Positions 18,823 through 29,388 of a stretch of DNA of 64,000 bases are shown in pieces. Source of the stretch: Candidatus Planktophila sp. (GTDB lineage: Bacteria; Actinomycetota; Actinomycetes; Nanopelagicales; Nanopelagicaceae); NCBI GenBank assembly GCA_037620605.1, contig JASJLO010000021.1, positions 48,415-112,414 of the forward strand, written 5' to 3'. Positions within the stretch are counted from its first letter, which is position 1, and each line of letters begins with the position of its first letter. Below the pieces are notes generated by a model. It did not search any database. It had not been told where the DNA came from and saw only the letters and a list, made by a program, of their open reading frames with translations. Both the position numbers and the translations under genes were made by a program.

Positions 18823-20061
18823 TCAAGATACCTTACTTCTGGTAAAGAGTGCAACAGATTCAATGTGATGTGTCATTGGAAAAAGGTCAAAAGCGCGAAT
18901 ATTTTGCAATTTATAGCCCTGCTCTTGTAGATAAGTTGTATCTCTAGCAAGTGCTGCCGGATCGCATGCTACATAGATAATTCGACTTGCCTTTAACCCA
19001 CCCATCGTGGTTATCACCTCTTTGCCTGCACCTTCTCTAGGTGGGTCCAAAACGACGATATCTGCTTTAGCAAATCGCGGTAAAAGTTTTGCCACATCTC
19101 CAGTATGAATTGCCACATTTGGAAAGTTGGCGAAGTTGCGGCTGGCATCGGCTGTTGCACTCTTACTGCCTTCTACCAGATCAACCCTTCCTGATTCTCC
19201 AATGTGCTTTAGAAATTGCGAAGTAAATAATCCGACTCCACCATATAAATCCAAAACTTGATCCCCTGCCTTTGGTTGCGCATAGTCAAGAACAACTTGC
19301 GAGAGAATTGTTGGAGCTAAGTAATGGCTCTGCCAAAAAGACTTCTGGCTAACTTCCAAGGTGAATGAATTAACTTCATATTTGGCAATATCTGGACCTT
19401 CGCTGATTCTTACCGGAAATTGATCTTCTACATATCCTGTGGCAATCGTGCGCTCGCCCATGGTGGAAATAGCAGCCTCAACTTGCATCCCCGGCTTCCA
19501 TTTACGATTACTCAGCTCTTGGTATTTAAGTTCTGGCTGCAAGACTCGGCAATCACTTACTGGAACTATCTTCGTACTGCGCGATTGCTTAAAGCCTAAG
19601 TCTCCATTACGAGTAGTAACTGCAGCAAAACGTGAGCGGTAGCCAAGTGGTGCAGAGACTTCTTCCACTTCAACTGCGAGATCCATTTTGGCTATTCTGG
19701 AAAACTGTTCGGAGATGACTTCAGATTTCAAAGAACGTTGGCGTTCGAGAGAGATATGTTGGAAATCGCACCCTCCGCAACCTTGGCGATGGGCGAACTG
19801 ACACGGCGCACTAACTCGATCTGGCGATGCCTTCACTACATTTACGACATCGCCACGGTTGAAAGAACTTCCCGTACTGGTAATTTCAATTTCAACTTCT
19901 TCACCCGGGATTGCATGTCGAACGAAGATAACTGCACCAAGATGGCGAGCGATGAAATGCCCGCCGTGAGCAATTTTTTCTATAGCTACGGTAATTCGAT
20001 CCTCCACCGCTATTTCTACCCGCTGGACAGAATTTCCCTGGTTGGACCCATTTGACGTCAT
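18823..20061 (-). CDS. TRAM-domain class I SAM-dependent RNA (uracil-5-)-methyltransferase (TrmA/RlmD family)
   Basis: N-terminal TRAM region, a Cys cluster (CQFAHRQGCGGCDFQH), the SAM motif LDLYGGVGLF, and the C-terminal catalytic VACDPAA. Confidence 0.85.
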   Translation of the reverse strand: MTSNGSNQGNSVQRVEIAVEDRITVAIEKIAHGGHFIARHLGAVIFVRHAIPGEEVEIEITSTGSSFNRGDVVNVVKASPDRVSAPCQFAHRQGCGGCDFQHISLERQRSLKSEVISEQFSRIAKMDLAVEVEEVSAPLGYRSRFAAVTTRNGDLGFKQSRSTKIVPVSDCRVLQPELKYQELSNRKWKPGMQVEAAISTMGERTIATGYVEDQFPVRISEGPDIAKYEVNSFTLEVSQKSFWQSHYLAPTILSQVVLDYAQPKAGDQVLDLYGGVGLFTSQFLKHIGESGRVDLVEGSKSATADASRNFANFPNVAIHTGDVAKLLPRFAKADIVVLDPPREGAGKEVITTMGGLKASRIIYVACDPAALARDTTYLQEQGYKLQNIRAFDLFPMTHHIESVALFTRSKVS

Positions 20062-20093
20062 ATAGATAAGCCTAAGGGTGTAAGTTAAACCTT

Positions 20094-20756
20094 GTGCACG
20101 TCGTTATTATGGGTTGCGGTCGAGTCGGTTCCTCTTTAGCCACCGAACTTGAGGCTGCAGGGCATTCGGTTTCGATAATTGACCAATCTCCTGAGGCATT
20201 TCGCCGCCTGGGCCCAGATTTTAAAGGCCGGACAATTTCTGGAGTTGGCTTTGATCGCGATACTTTGCTGGAGGCAGGTATTGAGAGCGCAGATGCCTTC
20301 GCGGCAGTCAGTAACGGTGACAATTCAAATATTTTGGCAGCACGCGTGGCACGAGAGACTTACGGTGTTACAAATGTTGTCGCTCGTATATATGATCCAG
20401 GGCGCGCTGAAATCTACCAGCGCTTAGGTATACCAACTGTGGCCACAGTTATTTGGGCAACCGATCAAATATTACGACGGTTAGTACCCGAAGGCTCGCG
20501 ATCTGAATGGCGCGATGCCAGCGGCGCTGTTCAACTTTGCGAGATGCATCCACATCGCGCTTGGTTTGGAATGTCAATTACTGATTTGGAAGTAGCTACA
20601 GGGGCGCGAGTTGCATTTATTACCCGTCTCGGTGAAGGTTTGATTCCTGATTCACATACGGTTCTGCAAGATGGAGATTTATTGCATGTAACAGTTCGCG
20701 ATGCTGATATCGCCAACGTCGAGGCTATTTTGGCGCAATCACCGGAAGGCAACTAA
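20094..20756 (+). CDS. trkA: TrkA-family potassium uptake protein (NAD-binding, CeoB-like)
   Basis: VIMGCGRVGS Rossmann motif plus a TrkA_C domain. Confidence 0.88.
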   Translation: MHVVIMGCGRVGSSLATELEAAGHSVSIIDQSPEAFRRLGPDFKGRTISGVGFDRDTLLEAGIESADAFAAVSNGDNSNILAARVARETYGVTNVVARIYDPGRAEIYQRLGIPTVATVIWATDQILRRLVPEGSRSEWRDASGAVQLCEMHPHRAWFGMSITDLEVATGARVAFITRLGEGLIPDSHTVLQDGDLLHVTVRDADIANVEAILAQSPEGN

Positions 20757-21415
20757 TGAGAATTGCTATCGCTGGTGCTGGAAATGTTGGCCGCGCTATC
20801 GCTCGCGAACTTCTAGATAATGGCCACCAAGTACTTCTAATTGATCGCGATCCGAAAGCGCTAAAGATGGATTCCGTGCCAGATGCTGAATGGTTGATGG
20901 CTGATGCTTGTGAAATTACCGCACTCGATAAGGCCGTCTTAAATAATTGTCAGGTTTTGGTTGCGGCAACTGGTGATGACAAAGTAAACCTAGTTGCCTC
21001 GCTACTGGCCAAGACTGAGTATGGCGTACCCCGCGTTGTCGCACGAGTGAACCATCCAAAGAATGAATGGCTCTTTGACTCATCTTGGGGGGTTGATGTG
21101 GCGGTGTCTACTCCACGCATTATGTCTGCTCTGGTTGAAGAGGCGGTAAGTGTTGGAGATGTGGTTCGCCTATTTTCATTCCGCAGAGGCCAAGCAAATT
21201 TAGTTGAACTAACTCTGCCCGATACTTCAAGTTGTATTGGCAAAACTGTTGAAGAGATAACTTTGCCAGACGATGCCTCGCTAGCAGCGATTGTTCGTGA
21301 TGGAAGAGTGATCTCGCCAACTCAAAGTGATGTCTTTAGCGCCGGCGATGAGTTGCTATTTGTAGCCTCAGCTGAGGCGGAGAACCAAATCAAGGCCTGC
21401 TTTATAGCTAATTAA
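20756..21415 (+). CDS. trkA: TrkA-family potassium uptake protein (second paralog, CeoC-like)
   Basis: IAGAGNVGRA Rossmann motif plus a TrkA_C domain. The ATG overlaps the upstream stop (TAATG). Confidence 0.88.
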   Translation: MRIAIAGAGNVGRAIARELLDNGHQVLLIDRDPKALKMDSVPDAEWLMADACEITALDKAVLNNCQVLVAATGDDKVNLVASLLAKTEYGVPRVVARVNHPKNEWLFDSSWGVDVAVSTPRIMSALVEEAVSVGDVVRLFSFRRGQANLVELTLPDTSSCIGKTVEEITLPDDASLAAIVRDGRVISPTQSDVFSAGDELLFVASAEAENQIKACFIAN

Positions 21416-21416
21416 G

Positions 21417-22052
21417 CTACTGATCTTCAATCTTGGCTGTTGGTACGCTCTTTAAAATCATCCAGGATCCATAGGCGGTAGCAGCAAAAAGTGGATAGCC
21501 CATTGCTAAATTCACAGTTCCTAATAGATTTACATTACCGCTGCGATAAATTGGATACTGCACCGCAATTCGAGCAAAGAACATGAGAACCCATAACCAA
21601 CTCGCTCGCTTATAGGCGCGGGTGCGGGCAGGAACTTTGCGCCAATTTAGATTCTCACCGAGGATAGGCCCGAGCAGTAAACCAAGTACTGGCCACCCTG
21701 CTAAATTAGCGATGAGATATACGCTTCCGTACCCCAAGTTGGTAAGTAATTTTGGGATATATAGATCGCTCGCATTTCCAGTTCTATTGGCAAACCAGGC
21801 ACAAATAAGAGATCCGATTAAACCTGAAATTGCGTGTTGAATGGTATCTCGCCGAGCCAAGCGAATAATTGTTAATGAGGCCGAAATAATTAGTGAAGCA
21901 ATTAGCGCAGAGCGAAGATCATCTGCCACATTAAATACCACTAGGAAAACAACTGAAGGTATACCAGTATCGATTAGCCCCTTCTTGCCCCCGAAGGCAG
22001 CCAGGATTTTCTCTTTATCGGAACCGTCCTGGTTTAGTGGAAAATTACTCAC
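21417..22052 (-). CDS. DUF3159-like integral membrane protein
   Basis: Multi-TM protein between trkA and dut, as in other actinobacteria. The family name is from memory. Confidence 0.55.
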   Translation of the reverse strand: MSNFPLNQDGSDKEKILAAFGGKKGLIDTGIPSVVFLVVFNVADDLRSALIASLIISASLTIIRLARRDTIQHAISGLIGSLICAWFANRTGNASDLYIPKLLTNLGYGSVYLIANLAGWPVLGLLLGPILGENLNWRKVPARTRAYKRASWLWVLMFFARIAVQYPIYRSGNVNLLGTVNLAMGYPLFAATAYGSWMILKSVPTAKIEDQ

Positions 22053-22489
22053 TAGCGCCCTGTTGATCCAAAGCCACCAGCACCGCGCCCAGATCCTGGC
22101 AACGATGTAACCTCTAAAAATTCAGCGCGCTCAACTTGTTGTATAACTAGTTGCGCGATTCGATCTCCACGTTTGAAAGTAATTGACTCGATTGGGTCAT
22201 GATTAATTAAAATTACCTGCAACTCACCACGATAACTCGCATCTACCGTTCCAGGTGAGTTGACCATTGTTATGCCATGTTTTATGGCAAGCCCCGAGCG
22301 CGGATGCACCAGGGCAACATAGCCATCAGGCAGCGCAATCGATATCCCAGTGGGAACTAACTTACGCTCCCCTGGTGCAAGCGTTACTTCAATGCGAGTG
22401 ACTAAATCTGCTCCAGCATCTCCACCTTTGGCATACGTTGGCAGAGGTAGATCTGGATCTAGTCGCGTAACTAGTACTTGGATTCCCAT
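22052..22489 (-). CDS. dut: dUTP diphosphatase
   Basis: 145 aa with dUTPase motifs (GDAGADL, HPRSGLA, GTVDASYRGE, RGAGGFGSTG). Confidence 0.95.
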   Translation of the reverse strand: MGIQVLVTRLDPDLPLPTYAKGGDAGADLVTRIEVTLAPGERKLVPTGISIALPDGYVALVHPRSGLAIKHGITMVNSPGTVDASYRGELQVILINHDPIESITFKRGDRIAQLVIQQVERAEFLEVTSLPGSGRGAGGFGSTGR

Positions 22490-23073
22490 TATGGATTGAT
22501 CTCAAATTCCGGATCAACGAAGGCCAAAATCTCGGGCGTCTTGGCGATATGTTCTAAATACTCTTTTGGCGCGTTATCTAAGAAATGTGACATTGGGACA
22601 ATTACATATAGCGCAGCGGCGCGCACTGCAATGTCCCCATCTGGGCCACCTAGCCTGCCTTCGGCTGATGTGTATACCTTGCGATTTACCTGTCCGGTAA
22701 TTTGAGCAGTTATATAAAGAGTTGTTCCCATTGGAACTGGTTTTAGAAAATCTGTCTCAAGGCGTGCCGTAACTGCCGGTGATCTAATCAACCACATAAG
22801 TTTTCCAAGCGCCTCATCAAATGCTAATGAGATTAAGCCGCCGTGAGCTAAGCCAGGTGCCCCCTGATGATTTTCGGTCACGGTAAATTGCGCGCTCAAA
22901 TCTGCACCAGCGCCAGCATGTGCAACTAAATGCAATCCGGTGGGGTGTAACTCACCACATCCAAAGCAACGTCCAAAGTGTGATGGAATTTTTGTGCCGA
23001 TTTCAGGAGCCTTGGGGTGGCGTTGCGGAATTATCGCCCCTTCGGGTGGGGTCGTGCTCGGTACTCGACTCAT
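22489..23073 (-). CDS. PaaI-family (hotdog fold) thioesterase
   Basis: CFGCG...HQGAPGLAHGGLISLAFDEALG is typical of PaaI/4HBT hotdog thioesterases. Confidence 0.7.
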   Translation of the reverse strand: MSRVPSTTPPEGAIIPQRHPKAPEIGTKIPSHFGRCFGCGELHPTGLHLVAHAGAGADLSAQFTVTENHQGAPGLAHGGLISLAFDEALGKLMWLIRSPAVTARLETDFLKPVPMGTTLYITAQITGQVNRKVYTSAEGRLGGPDGDIAVRAAALYVIVPMSHFLDNAPKEYLEHIAKTPEILAFVDPEFEINP

Positions 23074-23104
23074 ACCCTTACTTTACTTCATCTAGACTGC
23101 GATA

Positions 23105-23533
23105 GTGATCTTTCGAGAAGTACTACGGCCGCCCATCTGGGTTTTAGCCTTCATCTACTTCATATTACTATCCCTCGTGATCGCTATTTGGGCCGCCTTA
23201 GACGAAAGGATAACCCAGGTTGCATTCGTTATTGCCACCATCGCAGTTGGCTATCTTGGATTAACTTGGCGATCTACTATTTTGATTACCGATGGTGAGT
23301 TACAGATTGATCGTGCGCATATCGAACGTAATTTCATAGGTCATATTTCAGTTTTAGATGCAGATCAAATGCGCTTACTAAGAACTAGGGATGCTAACCC
23401 GAGCGCTTTTCTAGCGCTAAAATTTTGGACTTCGCGTGGAATCAAAATCGAGATTACCGATCCCCGTGATCCAACTCCATATTGGCTAGTAACGAGCAAA
23501 CGCGGCGATGAAATCGCCGCGTTGCTTAATTAA
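23105..23533 (+). CDS. DUF3093-like membrane protein
   Basis: Two N-terminal TM helices followed by a soluble domain. It sits between dut and DUF4193, as in Rv2698 (from memory). Confidence 0.55.
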   Translation: MIFREVLRPPIWVLAFIYFILLSLVIAIWAALDERITQVAFVIATIAVGYLGLTWRSTILITDGELQIDRAHIERNFIGHISVLDADQMRLLRTRDANPSAFLALKFWTSRGIKIEITDPRDPTPYWLVTSKRGDEIAALLN

Positions 23534-23547
23534 AAAAGACTGCTGTA

Positions 23548-23844
23548 TTAACTGCACTCTTTACAGACCGCTTTGGCGCCTTCGCCCTTGGCTAATTGAG
23601 TCATGTGGTGTACTAAGAAGCATCTTGAGCAAGTAAATTCATCAACCTGTTTAGGGACAACGCGCACCGCTAACTCTTCACCAGATAAATCTGCACCAGG
23701 AAGTTCTAGACTCTCTGCTGCATCTGCTTCATCTACATCTATTTGCCCGGATTGAGCATCGACGCGCTTAGCTTTAAGTTCCTCTAGCGACTCCTCGTGG
23801 AGTTCCTCATCCGTCTTTCGGGGGGTGTCGTAATCTGTTGCCAC
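23548..23844 (-). CDS. DUF4193-family protein
   Basis: (M)ATDYDTPRKTDEE...ELPGADLSGEELAVRVVPKQVDEFTCSRCFLVHH matches the highly conserved DUF4193 pattern. I prefer GTG 23844 over the track start 23853. Confidence 0.8.
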   Translation of the reverse strand: MATDYDTPRKTDEELHEESLEELKAKRVDAQSGQIDVDEADAAESLELPGADLSGEELAVRVVPKQVDEFTCSRCFLVHHMTQLAKGEGAKAVCKECS

Positions 23845-24011
23845 TGCTCTCACCTCACTTCTACTTAATTAAAGACTTGCTTGAAACCTCACTCTAGAGA
23901 GAGAAAGGGTGAAGAGGGCATAATCGCGCATTTACCCTTTATTATCCTTTACAACACGCGGCGTGTCGCATATATTCCCACTTTTCTAAGCTTGGTAGGC
24001 ACTTCTAAACC

Positions 24012-25475
24012 TTATTTGAGGGCTGCCTCAATCGCTTTAGCCAATCCGCCATCAACTAGCGCATGTATCGCTGTTCCTGTCTCCACATATTCCTCACTCA
24101 ATATCTCACCATGCTCGTGAACAGCGCTCACCAAGTCACCACGCTCATAAGGAATAACTGCGTTTATCTCAACGTTTGGATGAGGAAGTGATTTTTCAAT
24201 CGCATGAATTAATCCGTCAATTCCAAAACCTGTACGGGCCGAGAATGCATAGCTGTTCTTCTCTTTACGTAGGATTTCCATTACTACATCAGGAGCTGCC
24301 GCATCAACTTTATTTATAGCAATAATCTCTGGAATAACTCCCCCGCCAATTTCAATGATAACTTCACGAACTGCGCGAATCTGCTCAAATGGATCTGGGT
24401 GTGATCCATCTACTACGTGAACGATTAAATCAGCTTGCGATACTTCCTCCAGAGTTGATTTAAATGCATCAATTAATTGGTGTGGAAGATGGCGTACAAA
24501 ACCAACCGTATCAGAGAGAGTGTAAATTCGGCCATCGGATGTCTGCGTCTTTCTAACTGTCGGATCTAGCGTAGCAAAGAGAGCATTTTCTACCAATACA
24601 CCAGCATCTGTTAATTTATTTAAAAGTGATGATTTGCCCGCATTTGTATATCCAGTGATTGCAACTGAGGGAATATTAAATCGCTTACGCTCTTGCCTCT
24701 TTGTGTCACGAGATACCTTCATTTCAGCAATCTCGCGGCGCAGTTTGGCCATTTTATCTCTAATACGACGGCGATCTGTCTCGATCTTTGTCTCACCAGG
24801 TCCCCGACCACCGATACCAGCACCGCCCGCAGCACGTCCACCAACTTGGCGTGATAGTGAGTCCCCCCAACCACGTAGGCGTGGAAGGAGATATGCAATC
24901 TGAGCTAACTCAACTTGCGCCTTACCTTCTTTACTTTTTGCATGTTGTGCGAAAATATCTAAGATGAGCGCCGTTCTATCTACAACTTTAACTTTTAACT
25001 TATCTTCTAACTGGCGCAGTTGCGATGGAGAAAGTTCGCCATCGCAAATTACCGTATCGGCACCAGATGCTATGACCAAATGTTTCAATTCAGAGACTTT
25101 TCCAGATCCAATATATGTTGCCGGATCTGGCTTATCACGCCTTTGAATAAGCCCATCTAGAACTTCCGAGCCAGCCGTTTCTGCTAGCGCTCTTAATTCA
25201 GCAAGTGAGTTCTCCGCCATTTCAGCGCTGCCTTCAGTCCAAACTCCCACCAAAATAACCCGCTCTAATTGAAGTTGGCGATACTGCGCATCTGAAATAT
25301 CTTGTAACTCAGTAGAAAACCCTTTTACTCTGCGTAAGGCATGGCGATCTGCTAAATCAGGTTGCGACGAGAGTTCAAAGTCCGATTTATCCGCATCATA
25401 ATCTGCCGCTACCCTTGCGCTCTCGCGCAGCAACTCGGCAAATAAATCGTTGTTACGCGGAATGTCTTCGCTCAT
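24012..25475 (-). CDS. hflX: GTPase HflX
   Basis: HflX N-terminal domain plus G-motifs (GYTNAGKSSL, DTVGF, NKVD). Confidence 0.93.
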   Translation of the reverse strand: MSEDIPRNNDLFAELLRESARVAADYDADKSDFELSSQPDLADRHALRRVKGFSTELQDISDAQYRQLQLERVILVGVWTEGSAEMAENSLAELRALAETAGSEVLDGLIQRRDKPDPATYIGSGKVSELKHLVIASGADTVICDGELSPSQLRQLEDKLKVKVVDRTALILDIFAQHAKSKEGKAQVELAQIAYLLPRLRGWGDSLSRQVGGRAAGGAGIGGRGPGETKIETDRRRIRDKMAKLRREIAEMKVSRDTKRQERKRFNIPSVAITGYTNAGKSSLLNKLTDAGVLVENALFATLDPTVRKTQTSDGRIYTLSDTVGFVRHLPHQLIDAFKSTLEEVSQADLIVHVVDGSHPDPFEQIRAVREVIIEIGGGVIPEIIAINKVDAAAPDVVMEILRKEKNSYAFSARTGFGIDGLIHAIEKSLPHPNVEINAVIPYERGDLVSAVHEHGEILSEEYVETGTAIHALVDGGLAKAIEAALK

Positions 25476-26284
25476 GCATCCTGCAGATAGGAAGTTACGT
25501 CATGGTCTGAGATTAGGAGAGCGGGTCCAGTTAACGTGGCATTGGAATGTGGATCAATATCTACCACTAGCCTGCCACCTGGAGGATAAATAACCCATCT
25601 AGCTGGAAGTTGTTCCTTAGAGTGCAAGGTTGCCGCCAGGGCTACCGCGCACGTACCCGTACCGCACGATTTGGTTTCACCGCTGCCACGTTCGTGAACT
25701 CGCATCTTTGCCTCATGGCCGGGCATGATTTCTACAAACTCGACATTTACACCTTCGGGATAAGAATCTTTTGGGCGAACAATTGGTTCAACTTCTAGCG
25801 AGCCCACATCCTCTATCTTCTCGACAAAAACCACAGCATGTGGATTGCCAACGTTTATGTTAAATCCATTCCAAATCTTGCCATCTACAGATGCTGTTAC
25901 CTCTTCATTTTCATCTGTAACTTTGCCCATGTTGACCGAAATATCATCTGTTAAAGGAACTCTTAAATGTTTTGCACCATCTCTGGTGTTTATGGCAAAT
26001 ATTCCTTCTGCTTGATGTCCACGCTCGACTAAATAGCGCGCCATAACTCGAATTCCATTTCCGCACATCTCAGCGATTGATCCGTCAGCATTGCGATAAT
26101 CCATAAACCACTTGCCATCGCGTTTGGTAATCCTGATTAAGCCATCCGCCCCAATACCGGATGCGCGATTACAGATTGCCGCGGTTTGGGCTGTAGTTAT
26201 AGATAATTGATCGGCAGGATCAAAGATGAGGACAAAATCATTCTCGGTGCCGTGGCCATATGTGCCAATGATTGGTTCAGTCAT
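25472..26284 (-). CDS. dapF: Diaminopimelate epimerase
   Basis: GHGTENDFVL, MCGNGIR and SCGTGTCA (two catalytic Cys). ATG 26284 overlaps the miaA stop (ATGA); the track start 26374 is unlikely. Confidence 0.9.
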   Translation of the reverse strand: MTEPIIGTYGHGTENDFVLIFDPADQLSITTAQTAAICNRASGIGADGLIRITKRDGKWFMDYRNADGSIAEMCGNGIRVMARYLVERGHQAEGIFAINTRDGAKHLRVPLTDDISVNMGKVTDENEEVTASVDGKIWNGFNINVGNPHAVVFVEKIEDVGSLEVEPIVRPKDSYPEGVNVEFVEIMPGHEAKMRVHERGSGETKSCGTGTCAVALAATLHSKEQLPARWVIYPPGGRLVVDIDPHSNATLTGPALLISDHDVTSYLQDA

Positions 26285-27189
26285 GATGTGACTGAGTTTA
26301 TCTGCATTAGAACTCTTTGCAGTCTTGGTTCTAAGGGTGAGATCCAATTTATGCGGGAATCTCTGGAGAACCATGTCTCTTGGCGGCGGACATATTGTCT
26401 TGTTGCGCGCTTGGTATCTTCTATTGCCATCTCCTCAGAGATTTCACCGTTACGCATTGCAATAATTTGGGCATAACCCAAGGCTTTGCGGGCTGTCGTA
26501 GCCGATGTAATACCAGCATCTATCAAATGGTCAACTTCTGCTACAAACCCTGATTGCCACATTCGATCAATTCGATCTGAAACACGTTCGGCCAGCACCG
26601 TGCGATCCATAACTAATCCAAATTGAAGAGCATCTGGAAAGCGAGAGCTCTCTTGTCTTGGCAAGTTGGCTGTAAATGGCAGGCCAGTAATCTCAATTAC
26701 TTCAAGTGCGCGTATTACTCGTCGCTCATTTTGCATATCAATTGCGGAAGCAGCCTCCGGATCAAGTTGCTGCAATCTTTCAAATAGCTTGACGATTCCA
26801 AAATCTTTAGCTTCTTGCGTTAATCGACTCCTAACCTCTGGATCCGTATCAGGAAAATTTAGATCATCTAGGATCGCCTTAATATAAAGACCCGTCCCGC
26901 CTACGATAATTACATCTTTACCACGTGCGTGAATTTGCGCGATGGTAGACCTGGCTATCTCTTGATACCAAGCAACCGTGGCATCCTCAGTTACATCTAA
27001 AACATCCAATAGATGGTGGGGTACGCCCCTTTGCTCATTTAGCGTTAACTTGGCGGTACCAATATCCATACCTTTATATATCTGCATAGAATCGGCGTTA
27101 ATTATCTCGCCGCCAATTTCTAAAGCAAGATCGACGGCTAAGTCACTCTTACCGGTAGCGGTGGCGCCGCAGATTACAATGGTTCTCAT
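26281..27189 (-). CDS. miaA: tRNA dimethylallyltransferase
   Basis: P-loop [23 protein letters not shown] and PHHLLD. Confidence 0.93.
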   Translation of the reverse strand: MRTIVICGATATGKSDLAVDLALEIGGEIINADSMQIYKGMDIGTAKLTLNEQRGVPHHLLDVLDVTEDATVAWYQEIARSTIAQIHARGKDVIIVGGTGLYIKAILDDLNFPDTDPEVRSRLTQEAKDFGIVKLFERLQQLDPEAASAIDMQNERRVIRALEVIEITGLPFTANLPRQESSRFPDALQFGLVMDRTVLAERVSDRIDRMWQSGFVAEVDHLIDAGITSATTARKALGYAQIIAMRNGEISEEMAIEDTKRATRQYVRRQETWFSRDSRINWISPLEPRLQRVLMQINSVTS

Positions 27190-28604
27190 TTAACGGTTGG
27201 AATTCCCAACATGAGCGGCTGGTTACTAATTTCGGCAGTACGAGCGGCATGCGCATCTCCCCCACGTGTACGCAGGTGAGATATCTCTTCTGCAATTAAA
27301 TAGTGGGCCGAGGCATCTGTAATTTTAAGATCAACAAAATCACCAGGTCTAGCCTGGCTAGTTGCATCAAAGTGAACGAGTCTAAAATCCTCAGTCTTGC
27401 CAGTTAATCTAGATTGAACTGCATCACGCCGACCTTCTACCTCAGAGACAAGTGCTCGATGGCTGTGACCGATCGCTTCCTTATTTACACTTAAGGAGAT
27501 CCCTTGCTGATGCTCGTGTAAGCGGGTATATCTTTCTCCGACTATTTCCGCTGGAACTTGATTCTCCATCACGCCAGCTGGAGTTCCCGGGCGAATCGAA
27601 TATTTATATGTGTAGGCCGCTGAAAATTTTGCCTGACTTGCTAGATCTAGCGTTGCTTGGAAATCTGACTCTGTCTCTCCAGGGAAGCCAACGATAATAT
27701 CTGTGGTAATCATGGCAGTTGGGATGGCAGAACGAACTCGATCTAAAATTCCTAAGTATCTGCTGCTGCGATAAGAGCGGCGCATCTCTTGCAGAATACG
27801 ATCAGATCCAGATTGCAATGGCATGTGTAAGTGTGGCATGACATTTTTTGTGCCAGCCATTGCATCTATTACATCGTCAGTGAAATCTCTGGGATGTGGT
27901 GACATGAAGCGAACTCTTTCTAGCCCTTCGATTTCTCCACATTGGCGAAGTAGATTGGCGAAGGCGCCTCGATCTCCAAACTCGACGCCATACGCATTTA
28001 CATTCTGCCCCAACAAGGTAATTTCAATTACCCCTTGCGCGACTAGAGCGCGAATCTCCAGCAAAATATCGGCAATTGGCCTATCTTTTTCGACACCTCT
28101 TAAAGTGGGGACGATGCAGAATGTGCAGGTGTTATTACAGCCTACCGAGATTGATACCCATGAAGTAAAAGCTGAAAGTCTCCGTGCTGGCAGGGTCGAT
28201 GGAAAATGTTCTAGCGATTCAAGAATTTCTATCTGAGATTCTTCCTCGATTCGGGCTCTCTCCAAGAGGATCGGAAGGGAACCCACGTTATGTGTCCCAA
28301 AAACCACGTCAACATAAGGAGCTTTCTTTAAAATTATTGATTGATCTTTTTGAGCCAAGCAACCGCCTACAGCGATCTGCATTCTGGGGTTAGCTTTTTT
28401 GATTGGCGCTAGAAAACTTAAATTTCCATAAAGTTTATTATCGGCATTTTCACGAACAGCGCATGTATTAAAAACTACTAAATCGGCCTGCTCACCTGGA
28501 ACGACTGGCAAATATCCGGCTTCATCTAGCAAGCCAGCGATGCGCTCAGAGTCATGAACATTCATCTGACAGCCATAAGTCTGGACTGTGTAGGTGCGGT
28601 TCAT
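27186..28604 (-). CDS. miaB: tRNA-2-methylthio-N6-dimethylallyladenosine synthase
   Basis: [20 protein letters not shown] (UPF0004 cluster), the radical-SAM motif [11 protein letters not shown] and a TRAM domain. The ATG at 28604 fits the family N-terminus. Confidence 0.92.
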   Translation of the reverse strand: MNRTYTVQTYGCQMNVHDSERIAGLLDEAGYLPVVPGEQADLVVFNTCAVRENADNKLYGNLSFLAPIKKANPRMQIAVGGCLAQKDQSIILKKAPYVDVVFGTHNVGSLPILLERARIEEESQIEILESLEHFPSTLPARRLSAFTSWVSISVGCNNTCTFCIVPTLRGVEKDRPIADILLEIRALVAQGVIEITLLGQNVNAYGVEFGDRGAFANLLRQCGEIEGLERVRFMSPHPRDFTDDVIDAMAGTKNVMPHLHMPLQSGSDRILQEMRRSYRSSRYLGILDRVRSAIPTAMITTDIIVGFPGETESDFQATLDLASQAKFSAAYTYKYSIRPGTPAGVMENQVPAEIVGERYTRLHEHQQGISLSVNKEAIGHSHRALVSEVEGRRDAVQSRLTGKTEDFRLVHFDATSQARPGDFVDLKITDASAHYLIAEEISHLRTRGGDAHAARTAEISNQPLMLGIPTVK

Positions 28605-28626
28605 ATGGGAAAGGGTATCGCTGACT

Positions 28627-29367
28627 TTAGAGAGGTAATACCTCAAAGGTGAGATCGGTCCGATCAATAACTAGAATCGAGTGATTTCCTAGCCGCGCCC
28701 AGTGATCTTTGCCCCAACCAGTCGAGGCTACCTTTATGACACCTTCTTCAGCGGTGTACCGGAGCTCATAATGGCTATCTACTGTCCACTCCGAAGAATC
28801 AGAGTCGTTAAATTCACAAACTGCGATCATTTTTTCTGGAGTTAGAAGCATTGAATTGATGCTGGTGAAATCACAATTGGTCGAGATAGTTTTAACCGCC
28901 TTACGGACTCCTTCAACTAGCCCAAGTTCATCAATGCATGTTAGGACGGTGTAAAAATATCTTTCACTATCGGTAGTAGATGTAAAGCGATCTAGATATT
29001 TAGCAGCTACAAACTCTTGCACTGCTGCTATAGATTTAATTGTTCCATTGTGCATAAATGAATAATCGCCAAAATTGAAGGGGTGGTTATTGGCTAAATC
29101 TACACTTAACCCTTTAGATGCCAATCGAAGGTGCAAAAGTGCGCCATCAGATTTAACGACATTTGTTGTCTCAGTAAAAGTAGCGCTCTCGGCGGCTAAA
29201 GTTAAGTCCCGAAAGGTTTCTGTATCTCCAGAATCTCGGGAACAAGTTGAAATGCCCCAGCCATCTTTATGTTCCTTAGATAGTTCAACGAAATCTGAAA
29301 AACCTTCGCCAACTACCTCGGCAAAACTTCGCTCCTGCGTTGCCACAAAACCCAACAATCTACACAT
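28627..29367 (-). CDS. Class II (Ntn-type) glutamine amidotransferase, YafJ/EgtC-like
   Basis: MCRLLG N-terminal nucleophile Cys, DGWG and HNG motifs. Confidence 0.7.
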   Translation of the reverse strand: MCRLLGFVATQERSFAEVVGEGFSDFVELSKEHKDGWGISTCSRDSGDTETFRDLTLAAESATFTETTNVVKSDGALLHLRLASKGLSVDLANNHPFNFGDYSFMHNGTIKSIAAVQEFVAAKYLDRFTSTTDSERYFYTVLTCIDELGLVEGVRKAVKTISTNCDFTSINSMLLTPEKMIAVCEFNDSDSSEWTVDSHYELRYTAEEGVIKVASTGWGKDHWARLGNHSILVIDRTDLTFEVLPL

Positions 29368-29388
29368 GGGTAAAATCTACCTTGAAAT

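Noticed and set aside
19733-19748. LexA-like GAAC...GTTCGA inside the TrmA-family gene
   Set aside because: The spacing is N6, not N4, and the site lies inside a coding region.
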